Of a stretch of 64,000 nt of DNA, positions 45,170 through 56,691 are shown in pieces. Within the stretch, counting starts at the first letter, position 1, and each line of letters begins with the position of its first letter. Both the position numbers and the translations under genes were made by a program. Source of the DNA: Albugo candida (lineage: Eukaryota); contig JBDOQK010000003.1 of the NCBI GenBank assembly GCA_040437565.1, forward strand, positions 744,001-808,000, written 5' to 3'. The notes under the pieces are model-generated. The model was not told the origin of the DNA, did no database searches, and saw only the letters and a program-made list of their open reading frames with translations.

Positions 45170-48169
45170 ATGATCGCACCGTTCTCGCTGCACTCGAAAA
45201 CAAATAAAGAGAGTTCAGCAAAAATGTTCTTCTCACTAAGCTTGTATTGCTCTCAGTTCCCTTGCAGAGTGTGGATTACATGCTTTCTCACGAGCCTCAT
45301 TTTGTCGCTTGGATCATTTTATGTAACAATTCAAAATGATCCGGAGAAGCTATGGGTTCCTTCTACCAGTGCTACAGCCATGCAACAGGCTCGATTTAAT
45401 CATCTTTTCGGTGCTTTTTTTCGTATAGAGCAGTTTATATTGTACGCAGACAGAGATAATCTGCAGGACGATTTGATTGAGCGTGAATATTTGCAACTTA
45501 TTGCGAAAATACAAAATAAAATTGAGCTGACGAGGATCAATGATAGTCGATTGTCTGCCAAGGAAATAGGTCTACAAGACTTTTGTTACCAACCAATTGC
45601 AGGAAAAGGATGTCTAGTGATGAGTCCTTTTCAGTATTGGCTCAATAACATAAGTATCTTGGACGGAGATCCTGATATCAAGCTTACTACTGCTTGCCAA
45701 ACAACCGATCAAGTTTTAAAAGAGCGTGCTCCTTGTATGGATGCTATTGGGGTTCCAGTGATGCAAAATGTCGTTTTTGGGGGCATCAGCAGGGACACGT
45801 GTCATGTAAATCCTGATCCTTGTGGTCAAAGCACACCCAAAGCAAGTGCACTAGTGGTTACATTCTTACTCGAAAACAAGCTGGACAATGTCACGTACAC
45901 GAAAATGGCTGAACAATGGGAGGAACAAGTGTTTTTAGACACTGCTAGAAGCTTCCAAGAAGAACTCATGCTATCAAAGCCAAGCAATCGTACGAAAATA
46001 AGGCTTGCCTATATGGCACAGCGTTCGGTGTCCGATGCACTGAAGTCAGAAACCTCACAAAATGTAGTGGTGGTCGTGGCTAGCTACTTTATCATGTTTC
46101 TATATGTGTCAATGACGCTGGGTCCTTGGCGCAATCCCATCTCTTCTCGTTTCGGACTTGGTCTCACCGGCATTATGATCGTCATCATGTCCATCGCGGT
46201 CTCTTTGAGCATTTGTGTGACTATATTTCATATCGAAGTGACGATGATTACATTAGAGGTGGTCCCATTTCTTATACTCGCAATTGGAGTTGATAATATG
46301 TTTATTCTCACCGACGAATTCGATCGTCAGAAACGTTTACACGGGTATGTTGATTATGAATTTGATTCAAGAAATGGAAATACTCCTTCCGATTTCTCGC
46401 AGAGGACAACAAGCTCACATGCAGGTAGCAGAAGATCACGAAGCTGTTCAGAAGATGATTTGCTTCTACAAGAGATTACATGTCAGACTATGGCTAATGT
46501 TGGACCATCTATAGTCGTAGCGGCTGTCTCAGAATGTCTTGCATATTTCGTTGGTACGCTGACAAAAATCCCAGCATTAGAAACCTTCTGTGTGGTGGCC
46601 GCGGTAGCTGTATTAGTGGATCTGGTTTTGCAGTTGACATGGTTCATGTCCGCAATCGTGATGGATGCTCATCGGGTTCGTGCCAGACGCTACGACTTAC
46701 TCCCGTGGATCAAGAAATGTACACCTTCAAAAGCAAAAAGCCATGGAGAAAAATACAACAAGGCAAAAACATCAACACTACAAGCATATATTCAGCAACG
46801 CTACACTCCATTTTTAATGAAAAAGAGGACAAAAACAGCAGTTTTGCTTCTATCTGGATTCATGATCCTACTCAGTTTATGCGTTCTTCCGCAAATACCG
46901 CTCGGGCTGGAACAAGAGCTCGCCGTCCCGACTGATCACTACTTGCACGAATACTTTCGAGTGCAGACGGAACTTGGTGCCGCCGGACCACCGGCCTATG
47001 TCACAATATCTGAGAAGATTGAGTACACAGACAGCCAAATACAAGAAAAATTACTCGGAATTCTCGATCAATTGTCAAGTCTGCACGAATACATACAATT
47101 ACCCGTGTACTCATGGCTGAACACATTCAATCAGTGGCGCCAAATGCGATATTTTTTGCATGGAAAGATAGCACAGAAGCTATGCGACTGTCCCTCACAA
47201 CCCCTTCTTCCTTTTGCATACGAACGGGATCACTCGCCAATATTGTCGTTGTCAGATTTGACACCTGATGCGGATTTTTATCCATTAGCAAAGAACTTCA
47301 CAGAAATTCCGATCGATTCGCAATGTTGTCAAAACTATGGAATATGTGGAGCACAGTACCAAAAAGACATCATCTTTGAGATATCGAATAATCGTAATCA
47401 CAGCAATAGCTCAAAAGTTGTGGGAATAACAGGTTCTCGATTTCGCTTTCAAGTGAACGCATTGGGGAACCAGACAATGTTTATCAATTCGTATTACTAT
47501 CTACAAAAAATGGCAAAAACTTGGAGTCGGAGTATTCCAATTTTTATCTACTCCTTGTATTTCGTCTTTTACGAGCAATACACATATATTCAAGGTGTGG
47601 GCTTGCAAAGCATCCTTCTGGCACTCGGAGTTGTGTTCATATCTGTATTCCTTCTGATTGATCGTAATATCCGTCTCAGCCTGCTGGTAGTGGTTGGCGT
47701 TTTCGGCATCGTGATCAGCCAACTTGGATTTATCTTCCTTATCAATCAATCAACTTTTGCGAAAACCTCTGTGAATGCGGTCTCTGTCGTCAACTTACTT
47801 GCGGCTGTCGGGCTTGGTGTTGAATTTTGTGTCCACTTGACGTATCACTTTGCACTTTCACAACGTCATCAGGCAACACTTTCAGCACATGATCACGTCG
47901 CGAACGCTTTGGCTGCCCGAGGAGCACCAATTATTTCGGGTATTACATTGACAAAGACCGTTGGCATTGGTGTGCTCGCATTTGCGCCCTCTCTGCTATT
48001 TCGTGTGTACTTTTTCCGCATGTATTTGGGTATCGTCCTATTTGGTGCATTTTATGGTGTTGTGGTCTTACCCGTCCTGCTCAGTGTATTTGGTCAACGC
48101 AATACGATACTGAATGATTCCAGTATTTTTTTGTTATCTGAGGAATTAGATGACGTTGGTGAAACTTGA
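45170..48169 (+). CDS. Niemann-Pick C1-like RND/sterol-sensing-domain protein without the N-terminal domain
   Basis: Motifs DPEKLWV, FGAFFRIEQ, SSD segment EVVPFLILAIGVDNMFIL, GLEQELAVP, GPPAY, GLGVEFCVH, ISGITLTK and FRVYFFRMYLG. Confidence 0.9.
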   Translation: MIAPFSLHSKTNKESSAKMFFSLSLYCSQFPCRVWITCFLTSLILSLGSFYVTIQNDPEKLWVPSTSATAMQQARFNHLFGAFFRIEQFILYADRDNLQDDLIEREYLQLIAKIQNKIELTRINDSRLSAKEIGLQDFCYQPIAGKGCLVMSPFQYWLNNISILDGDPDIKLTTACQTTDQVLKERAPCMDAIGVPVMQNVVFGGISRDTCHVNPDPCGQSTPKASALVVTFLLENKLDNVTYTKMAEQWEEQVFLDTARSFQEELMLSKPSNRTKIRLAYMAQRSVSDALKSETSQNVVVVVASYFIMFLYVSMTLGPWRNPISSRFGLGLTGIMIVIMSIAVSLSICVTIFHIEVTMITLEVVPFLILAIGVDNMFILTDEFDRQKRLHGYVDYEFDSRNGNTPSDFSQRTTSSHAGSRRSRSCSEDDLLLQEITCQTMANVGPSIVVAAVSECLAYFVGTLTKIPALETFCVVAAVAVLVDLVLQLTWFMSAIVMDAHRVRARRYDLLPWIKKCTPSKAKSHGEKYNKAKTSTLQAYIQQRYTPFLMKKRTKTAVLLLSGFMILLSLCVLPQIPLGLEQELAVPTDHYLHEYFRVQTELGAAGPPAYVTISEKIEYTDSQIQEKLLGILDQLSSLHEYIQLPVYSWLNTFNQWRQMRYFLHGKIAQKLCDCPSQPLLPFAYERDHSPILSLSDLTPDADFYPLAKNFTEIPIDSQCCQNYGICGAQYQKDIIFEISNNRNHSNSSKVVGITGSRFRFQVNALGNQTMFINSYYYLQKMAKTWSRSIPIFIYSLYFVFYEQYTYIQGVGLQSILLALGVVFISVFLLIDRNIRLSLLVVVGVFGIVISQLGFIFLINQSTFAKTSVNAVSVVNLLAAVGLGVEFCVHLTYHFALSQRHQATLSAHDHVANALAARGAPIISGITLTKTVGIGVLAFAPSLLFRVYFFRMYLGIVLFGAFYGVVVLPVLLSVFGQRNTILNDSSIFLLSEELDDVGET

Positions 48170-49099
48170 ACGAGATTTTAAGCATTGAAATCTAGGGCTT
48201 CATTGCTCGAGCTTGACTGGACTATGTTAGCACTTTGAAGGGGTTCAGCATCGGCAAGAAAAAGCTGCTACTCTTCAGTCAGCTATTGCATGCAAGATTG
48301 AGATGAAGAGGCCAGTTTGAGCTGCAGAGATGCGTGATAGAGTAGCGAAACCAAAATATCATACTGGGGATGTGCTTAGCAACGTCAGTAGTATATAAAA
48401 GCAGATAACGAGCACGTATTCACGACAAGTAACGTGGTACATCGATACGCAGAAAATTTCGCTCGTATGAGTTTCGGAACTGAGTCAGCTTGTAGAAAGA
48501 GCTATTGGATTGCATACATTTGGTAGAACGGATTTGCCCGCTAGTAGAAGCGACATGCAAAAGTATGTGATACAGGTATGCGATATAGTCAAACTAATGG
48601 CGATTGAGTTGCGACACATTAAGCAACTGCTATACTACCGCAGTTTCTCTACCGCATATATAATGAACAACATTCGTCATGTTACCGGGTCGCATCCTTA
48701 TACTTTCTAAACGGTCCAGAAGTTTCCAAAAACTACGTAAATTTTATTTTTTTATTTCGTGTTGTATCTTTTTTTTTTCTCCAGTCGCAATTCTGTGCAT
48801 TCTATTATCAAATTAAGGAAACTGAGACGCAAGCCGAAATATCATTCGCATCGAGAAATATTTGGCACTGCGCCTTGAATATTTCCTCCTCGAACGCGAT
48901 TTCCTTTCGTGACGCACACCTTAACGCACAATAAATTGTAGACTTCTATTGATTGATGCCATTCGAATTTTAACATAGTACGTTTAGGCAGTTGGTCGAT
49001 CACGCACGTATACATAAGTAGTAGTCCTGAACCATCCATACGTTACCTCCTGCGGGATCACTTTCACATCGAGAGCTGCAAGCAACATCAAAAACCTAA

Positions 49100-50373
49100 A
49101 TGGAGTCGACGTCAAGGAAGCTACCGTCGTCTCCTATCAAATATTCGCTCAAAAGGACCATATCAAAATGTCACTTTGGACCTCCCTCACCTTGTAATGA
49201 CGCTTTGGCACTCAAGCGCAAGGTAGCAGCAGCAGATGACGTCAATGCAAACAAGCACATTTCCAATAATGTAATGGTATATAATACTACGCCCGTGCTA
49301 TTATCTCGTGCACCACGTTATTATTGCCTAGAAGAATATGATGATGTTCTATCGGATACGGAGGAACCAAATCGAGGAATGATGAATGAAAACTTCTTTG
49401 CCGACGATTACGTGGACAGTAGTTGCTCAGAGTGGGATGAGACCCAATCACCTCAGACAGGAGGCGATAGTGTCAAGACATTTACAGAAACACCACAGAT
49501 ACTCTCAACTTCGCTTCAAGGAGGGGTTGATCACACTCATAAATCAGCCGTGTCTACTTCCGCTTTATCAGCTACTTCAACTTTCATTGAAAGTTGTGCG
49601 AGTCTACATGCCTTTTTTTCAGGCTCTACTCGTGTCTGTGACAGTGCATTGCGGGACCATATGATAGATAGAAGGAATTTGTCTGATAACGAAGCGATAT
49701 ATCACATGACGGCCACGAATGTTTGCATGCTCGTTTTGGAGTATGTACAAGAATTACTAGAATCCTCTCAGAATATATCGACAATGAGTTTTGCTCAGGT
49801 TGGGATTACGATGCAATCGGTGCCGAATAGAGCGGAGGCAATACAATTTGTGGTAATTAGTCGACTTCATCTTCCCGTTCATTTTGGGCAGCGTTTTGTG
49901 CTACATATCATGGAATTCATTTGCGATGAAGATATTTGGGAAGCAACTATTGACGAGTTTGCTGGTTTTTTGAAAGAGTTTATAGAATCATTGCGATCTA
50001 ATTGGAACCCCACAGTCAATCTGATCAGAAATTCCAATGTTTTGGAAAACCTGATGGAATTTTTCTGCTATATATCCAAAAAATTCAAGCGTTATTTGGT
50101 GACACAATGGCTTTCAAGTCGAAGAATCAGTGCGCCCTGTGAATTCGGAAAGAAGTCGGACGTGTTATTTCTATGTATGGAGTGTCACCGCGAGCACATG
50201 TGACGAACCTTGCGTTTCTGCTGGATGTATTTGCCCGCAAAGCGTATATGGCGGATGACAATGACTTAAATTATTCAGATTACACGGAATTGAATATCTA
50301 TAATTCAATAAGAGATATAATGCATTGTTCCCGTAAAAAAGTAATGCTACGAGCGAAGGTATGTGGGCAGTGA
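49100..50373 (+). CDS. Hypothetical protein; ORF ends at 50203, or at 50373 if a 1-nt frameshift near 50141-50145 is corrected
   Basis: 367-codon ORF with a low-complexity N-terminus and helical C-terminus. An overlapping frame continues IRKEVGRVISMYGVSPRAHVTNLAFLLDVF. Confidence 0.6.
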
Positions 50374-51360
50374 TAGTCCTTTGCCCACAATGTAATTGCG
50401 ATATTCTCGACCTATATAAGTCGCTGGAACCTCTGCTTTTAATCGTGCAAGGTTTCTCTGATTTTGCTGATGACACTCGGATACTGGAAGGATGGGAAGT
50501 GCGTGTACCGTATTACTTCCCTGAGCTGAATAAAGCTGCCACCACTCACCTTGGGGCACATACCATGGACCATACCGCGAACGCCGCGCGGGAATGATTT
50601 GTGTGTTGCTTTGCACTAAATTGTGATGTGTACTTGTATTCGGTCGTGAAAGACCTCGCTGAGTGTGCCCGCTGCTCAGTTTCCGTGCAGGAGACGGTAG
50701 TTTTTTGCAAGTAACCTTTATAGAATGAATGGAAGAATCGACTATGAGCACCCCGCAATCACCCCATGTTCGTTTCGAAGGAAGGGTTGGAGAAGTAAAA
50801 ACATTTTCAATATTGCTTTTAGTCGATTCAGGATCCTGAGGCGCGATCAAATCGGATAAGTCGATTGGAGTGGTCCGCATAGGTTGTTGAAATGGAACCT
50901 GATTTTCAACTAGTTTGTGCCCCATTCTCTTGAATGCTGTCCGTACACAATCCAAGCCGTGCTCACCGATGGGATTGGCGGATGGTCGATGATGTTGCAA
51001 TACGGTATTTCTGTGATTTTGTATATTTTCTGGCTCATTTGATTCAGGAAAGCTCCTCGCGAAAAATTGAAGTTCTTGTAATGCTTCTGATCTCTGGTCA
51101 TGCTGCACTGTATCGGATAGATTCGATGTGGAGAATGGATAAAGATCGACTTCTTTCAATACTACTTCTGAATTGCTTGTTTCTCGCGTCTCGTTATCGA
51201 TAGCTCGTCTTGGTTTACCAATGCACTCTGCTTTGGAATGAAGCTTTGTAAACCTCCAATGCATCTCGGGATATCGTAATGGACTTCCTTGAATCGACCT
51301 CTTCGATGGTGATGTGCGCGTGGAACATGTGTACGGCCGTGTGGTTGTAATGGTGTGCAT
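50347..51360 (-). CDS. Hypothetical protein (337 aa), largely disordered, with a C-terminal motif-like region
   Basis: Long ORF ending in YGPWYVPQGEWW...PATYIGREYRNYI...LPTYL. Confidence 0.6.
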   Translation of the reverse strand: MHTITTTRPYTCSTRTSPSKRSIQGSPLRYPEMHWRFTKLHSKAECIGKPRRAIDNETRETSNSEVVLKEVDLYPFSTSNLSDTVQHDQRSEALQELQFFARSFPESNEPENIQNHRNTVLQHHRPSANPIGEHGLDCVRTAFKRMGHKLVENQVPFQQPMRTTPIDLSDLIAPQDPESTKSNIENVFTSPTLPSKRTWGDCGVLIVDSSIHSIKVTCKKLPSPARKLSSGHTQRGLSRPNTSTHHNLVQSNTQIIPARRSRYGPWYVPQGEWWQLYSAQGSNTVHALPILPVSECHQQNQRNLARLKAEVPATYIGREYRNYIVGKGLSLPTYLRS

Positions 51361-51670
51361 GAAGAAAGCTTGTTCGTCCTTTCGGTGAGAGGTTTGCCGG
51401 GATATATATAGCTAGCTGGAAATAATTCGTGTCATCTATCCATCAAAATTGACTCCTCTCAAGGGAATCTATTGTCTTATTGAAAAAGGCAGAAGTGGCT
51501 ACATTAAAAGAAGCTGAACGCTTGCCGTAATTTGATGCCGAAAAATGGTCGAAAAAAGAGGGAGTCTCTTTCGAAGTGACTATAAAATTTTTGTAAATAT
51601 GACCAAATGTACCACGGGATTTGCTCTGTATCGTCTTGTGCGTGAGCATGTGATAATGAAAATGAAAAGA

Positions 51671-53836
51671 TCATGGTTGTGATGCTGGATTGCAACCATG
51701 AATCCAAAATGTTAATAAGAATAAGTCTTCTTCGCTCGATTCGAATGGCGAAATTTCATTCAGAAACTTGGCGCTATCAAATATGACGAGGCGATCAGGA
51801 ATAATTGTATATTCCTTTTCTAATTGGTTTTGAGCACGTGAGTCGGGTCGAAGGTGTAATACAGCATTGGAGATTTCGGGGGAAGCGATACAATATATGC
51901 ATGTGAGCTTGATTCCATTATCATTCGGCGGGTTACCACAATCACGTCGTAGTGGTTGTGTTTGCCCCTGACGGTACCGCTGAAGCAAGGTCGAATGCGG
52001 AAATGGTGCACAAAGCGTGCTGATAGACCGCAACCCCAGATTCGACGATTCGTNNNNNNNNNNNNNNNNNNNNNNNNNNNNNNNNNNNNNNNNNNNNNNN
52101 NNNNNNNNNNNNNNNNNNNNNNNNNNNNNNNNNNNNNNNNNNNNNNNNNNNNNTATTCCTTTTCTAATTGGTTTTGAGCACGTGAGTCGGGTCGAAGGTG
52201 TAATACAGCATTGGAGATTTCGGGGGAAGCGATACAATATATGCATGTGAGCTTGATTCCATTATCATTCGGCGGGTTACCACAATCACGTCGTAGTGGT
52301 TGTGTTTGCCCCTGACGGTACCGCTGAAGCAAGGTCGAATGCGGAAATGGTGCACAAAGCGTGCTGATAGACCGCAACCCCAGATTCGACGATTCGTGGC
52401 GCTTGCGATTGATCTCAAAGGGAATTTTATACATCTGACAAAGTAACTCGCCTATAGCAGGGTAGTCGTTGTCACACGATTTTCTCTCCACAAAGCAGAT
52501 TTGTGGTCGCTTTGGTTGCGTTTTCTCGCAAGTGAATTTCCGAGTCAAGTGCTGATCTCCTTCTACGGAACAATTTTCGAGGAACATGGCATTGGTAACC
52601 ATTCTTTTCACATCATTGTGCAGAAGCTGCTTCCACTCGTTTCCCATGTACCCATCGATAATCGCAATCCCAGAATCACTTAGCAATTGCAAGCAAGCTG
52701 TTGAAATCGTATCGTAATACTCTCCTTGGGTGTCGTCTGTATGAGCGATTAGCCTCGTATCATTTGCAAGTAGTAAATGCTTCTTTGAATTAATGCGCTG
52801 GATAATCGAGACCAGTTCTCGCGCAAACGCTTCCTGAAGCACTTGTGGCCATAAGATCTTCTCTGTATCTACATCCATAAATTCTCCTTGAGCTGCTCCT
52901 TTTTGTTTGACATTGTTTAGCACATTCTCTCCTTTTTGAACTATTTTGGGCATCACTTCCATCAGTTCCGCCTCGTACATTGGATCTAAAAGTACTTCTT
53001 GCAGCGTTTTTGGGGCATGAACAAGCTCCTTTTTCGAGATCCCAGGGTAAATGAACTTTTGAAATTCATCTTTCTGTAATAGCTTTCCAAATAAACCATG
53101 ATTCAGTACGACAGATTGCCCCTTTTCGTTCCGCCCGCTTGCATTACATGCTTCCTTAAGTCGGCGCAACATTCTGGTCCATTTGAGCTCAGAGTCTTTC
53201 TCTTTCGTCATTGATACAGCATCTTTCTCCGAGTAGATGCCTTGTCCTTTGCTAGCGCCAACTCCGTTCAGAAATCCTCTTGACACGGCCTCACCTCTTC
53301 TGTTTGAGCCAAAATTTTTGGCAGTTTTGTGGTCATCGTTGTGCAGCTGACGAAAGCGTTTGTGGGAGACTTTTGCTTCCTCATGACGATCCAGTTTTTC
53401 CAAAATTTGACTTTTGCGATAGTGTCCCTAAATCTCATTAAGTCAGAAAAATGCGCTATTACACATGTAAATTGAACCTTTGGCCATTCGGGTGCTAAGG
53501 ATACAGCAATGTCGGCGTCCTGAAGCGCTTCTGTGAGCTGATTAAGATACATGCGCGCCGCTGCTCGATTGCTATAAATGAGCTAACGCACACATATCGA
53601 TAACATTCACAATTTTAGCTGACCGACTTACAGGATTATGAGGTTCCTGTATGATCGCTTGATTATAGTGGAAACACGCTGTCATGTAATCCTTCCTGCT
53701 AAAAGCAGCATTTCCAAGCTGTCGTAATGTATCTACATCGGATCGGCATTATCACGGAATGTGTTTCTCACTCAGATAACAAAGTACCATCCTTTTGCGT
53801 CGGAATTGCACAGTCGATAAAGCGGTGATCGATCAT
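51671..53836 (-). CDS. TPR-repeat protein fused to a degenerate 2OG-Fe(II) oxygenase (PHD/EGLN-like) domain; multi-exon, spans a gap
   Basis: TPR segments LGNAAFSRKDY, IYSNRAAA and DADIAVSLAPEWPKGHYR. The C-terminal segments GIAIIDGYMG, KLTCIYCI, DRLVIFDS and LLTFWI follow the PHD strand order. Confidence 0.75.
51810..52397. repeat. Gap-flanking duplication 51810-52053 = 52154-52397 (assembly overlap)
   Basis: The same 244 bp lies on both sides of a 100-N gap. Confidence 0.9.
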
Positions 53837-54076
53837 AATCAAAGGTCACCGAGTGTCTCGTGTCTCTCGATCGGTCACACTTGAGAGATTTTCATATCAA
53901 TAAGCGACGTGTGCTCAACGCATTCTATTTACGAAATACATGGAATATGTATGTTAGTGTCATGCATCCACGATTGTGAGCTACAAGCTGAGTAAAAGTG
54001 GCTATAAGGTTTCGTCTGATGCTCAAAGGTTGATTCAAGCTCTAATCGTAATGCTCAAAGTATCTTATCGCATGAA

Positions 54077-56691
54077 TTATGCCGAACATGCATACATCCC
54101 TTGCGCTTCGCGTTCCTCATCCTCACTATCATTTGTAGCCGCATCGATGGACCGGTATTTTCCATCATCACGCTGACCGGAATGACCAAAACAATTCGTC
54201 ACTGGCTGTAACCAGTGCTTCCAGTTGATGATGTAATTTTGCAATGAGGCACAAATGCTTTGGGTACTTTCCATTCGTATCATTTTATGCCCTTCGGAAC
54301 TTGTTCCGGAATTGTTGAAGGAAGCTCCATCCGTCGATGAAAGTGAAGTGCCATCACTTTCTTTGTTTGCAGTTGGGAGAGAAGCAGGATGTAGCCCAAA
54401 CAGTTTTGACGCTCGTGCAGAGAAAACGATGCGAGCTCTAGATGCGGACTCTTTCCACTTTGACCCGGTCATGTACGACAGTTCCATATTCTGATCAACC
54501 TGTTCGATCTGTATCGAGGGGCCCAGGAGATAGACATCTGTACGCCACGGTGTTTGATACTCCAATTCACAGGCCGGTAGGTAGACGACAAGCTGATCAA
54601 GTTGTTTAAGCTGTCGCGCGAGTTCTGAGGTCGACCCTCCTCCAACTCCGTCAATCGAAATAGTCTCTTTGATGATATCTTCGACAAGAACTTGATACCA
54701 AATCGATCGACTTTTTTGATTATAAATCGAGCCGATGGCCGGAAAAATAGCTCCATTTTTGACTTTGCACAGTTCCTTAGAAGCTGTAGAAGCCTCGCTA
54801 TATACCGTCACTCCTAGTGATTTTTCATCTGATATGAGCTTTTTTGCGTCTGCACTGGTTTCTGGCTTGCAACAAATCTGAAGAGATTCTTTGGGCTCTA
54901 TCTTTCCAGGACGTCGAATCTCTTGCAAGAGACAATTATTGTCTGTCGGATCTGATTGAATGACGAATCCGTACTCTTCATTTTGTGTATCACCAGTGAT
55001 AGTCATAGCGAGTCGAATCCAAATTTGACCATCTCGATTAAGAACGCGATAATTTGAAGCAAAGACAGTCCCAGGTTCCAGCTGCCCGATAACTTCGCCA
55101 TCTATTCGCGCTTCTGAATTTATAGACAGACTTTTCTCCGCGTATACATTCCGATAGTAACGTTCAATAGCATCTAGATCTCGACTAGTGTCTTGTGATA
55201 AAAGCTCTGTGAACCCACCGCCAACACCCCAAGGAATTACTACTTGCTCCCCGGTGTTGACGTTTCTTTCCACGATCCAAACTGCTTTCGTGCTCCCGGA
55301 ATTTTCATTTTGATCCTCTAGGGGGATTATGCTCAAATTCTCCTGTTTGACTGGTTCATCGCTTGTGTTTTGANNNNNNNNNNNNNNNNNNNNNNNNNNN
55401 NNNNNNNNNNNNNNNNNNNNNNNNNNNNNNNNNNNNNNNNNNNNNNNNNNNNNNNNNNNNNNNNNNNNNNNNNTGTCGGATCTGATTGAATGACGAATCC
55501 GTACTCTTCATTTTGTGTATCACCAGTGATAGTCATAGCGAGTCGAATCCAAATTTGACCATCTCGATTAAGAACGCGATAATTTGAAGCAAAGACAGTC
55601 CCAGGTTCCAGCTGCCCGATAACTTCGCCATCTATTCGCGCTTCTGAATTTATAGACAGACTTTTCTCCGCGTATACATTCCGATAGTAACGTTCAATAG
55701 CATCTAGATCTCGACTAGTGTCTTGTGATAAAAGCTCTGTGAACCCACCGCCAACACCCCAAGGAATTACTACTTGCTCCCCGGTGTTGACGTTTCTTTC
55801 CACGATCCAAACTGCTTTCGTGCTCCCGGAATTTTCATTTTGATCCTCTAGGGGGATTATGCTCAAATTCTCCTGTTTGACTGGTTCATCGCTTGTGTTT
55901 TGAATTTGGTCTGCTTCACACTGTATCTCTACTTCTAGCCACACTTGATCCTTAACAATCTTCCTCTCTAACAGCTTGACAACTTGAAACGGGCCCAACA
56001 CACCTACACGTGGTGCTTGTAACATTGGAACGGCTCGATACGGTAAGCCTCCCTTCCAGTTTCTTCCAGATCGTGACGCTATATTCTGCACATATCGAGA
56101 TCCAACCACGTTCGTACGACAGGAGTAATGAACTGGTGAGCCAATGATCGCAAAGGCCTCTTCAAACAAAGTTCCAAAGGGAATGACTGTCCATCCTGTT
56201 GTGCCATGAAAACTTTTAATTTGTAGCGCTATTTGTGTGTGATTATCGTTCCATTGACATTGTGTGGCTTCTATAACAGTATGCGGCTGTAATACTCGAT
56301 GTGGTACTCTTGTATGAGGTTCCGGACTTTGACCAGTAACAAACATCGGGATGCGAGAGATACGTAGAGGCTGCAAAGTATGCAAAAACACTGGAAAACT
56401 TGGCATTTTGAGTAAATTTCGGAAACAAATGATTGGAGGAGTTGTATTAGAAGGGTCGAAATCATGCGCGAGTGAAACTGGTATATAGCCATTCTTTTTA
56501 TGATTGGAAAACGTGCCTTGTCGAATCTGAAGCCATATTTGAGAAGATAAATACAGAGTTTTCGAAGACGCAAAGTAAGCTCCACGTCGAAGCTCACCAC
56601 ATTTCTCAAACTTGTTTTCAGACGGGCTCGCATACACGCAAAGCGGGGCAGAATGCTTACCGCTACCGACGTACTGATACATGAACTCCAT
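54077..56691 (-). CDS. Uncharacterised protein (~694 aa after collapsing the gap duplication) with tandem SH3b-like repeats
   Basis: Removing the 530-nt gap plus duplicate leaves one 2085-nt in-frame ORF with recurring L-x-V...G-x-L-x-x-G...W-L/Y-x-V/I units. Confidence 0.7.
54944..55903. repeat. Gap-flanking duplication 54944-55373 = 55474-55903 (assembly overlap)
   Basis: The same 430 bp lies on both sides of a 100-N gap. Confidence 0.9.

Noticed and set aside
48204-48322. Stem-loop downstream of the NPC1-like gene (CTCTTCA/TGAAGAG, CTGG/CCAG)
   Set aside because: The helices are short and wobble-rich, within chance expectation, with no recognisable motif.
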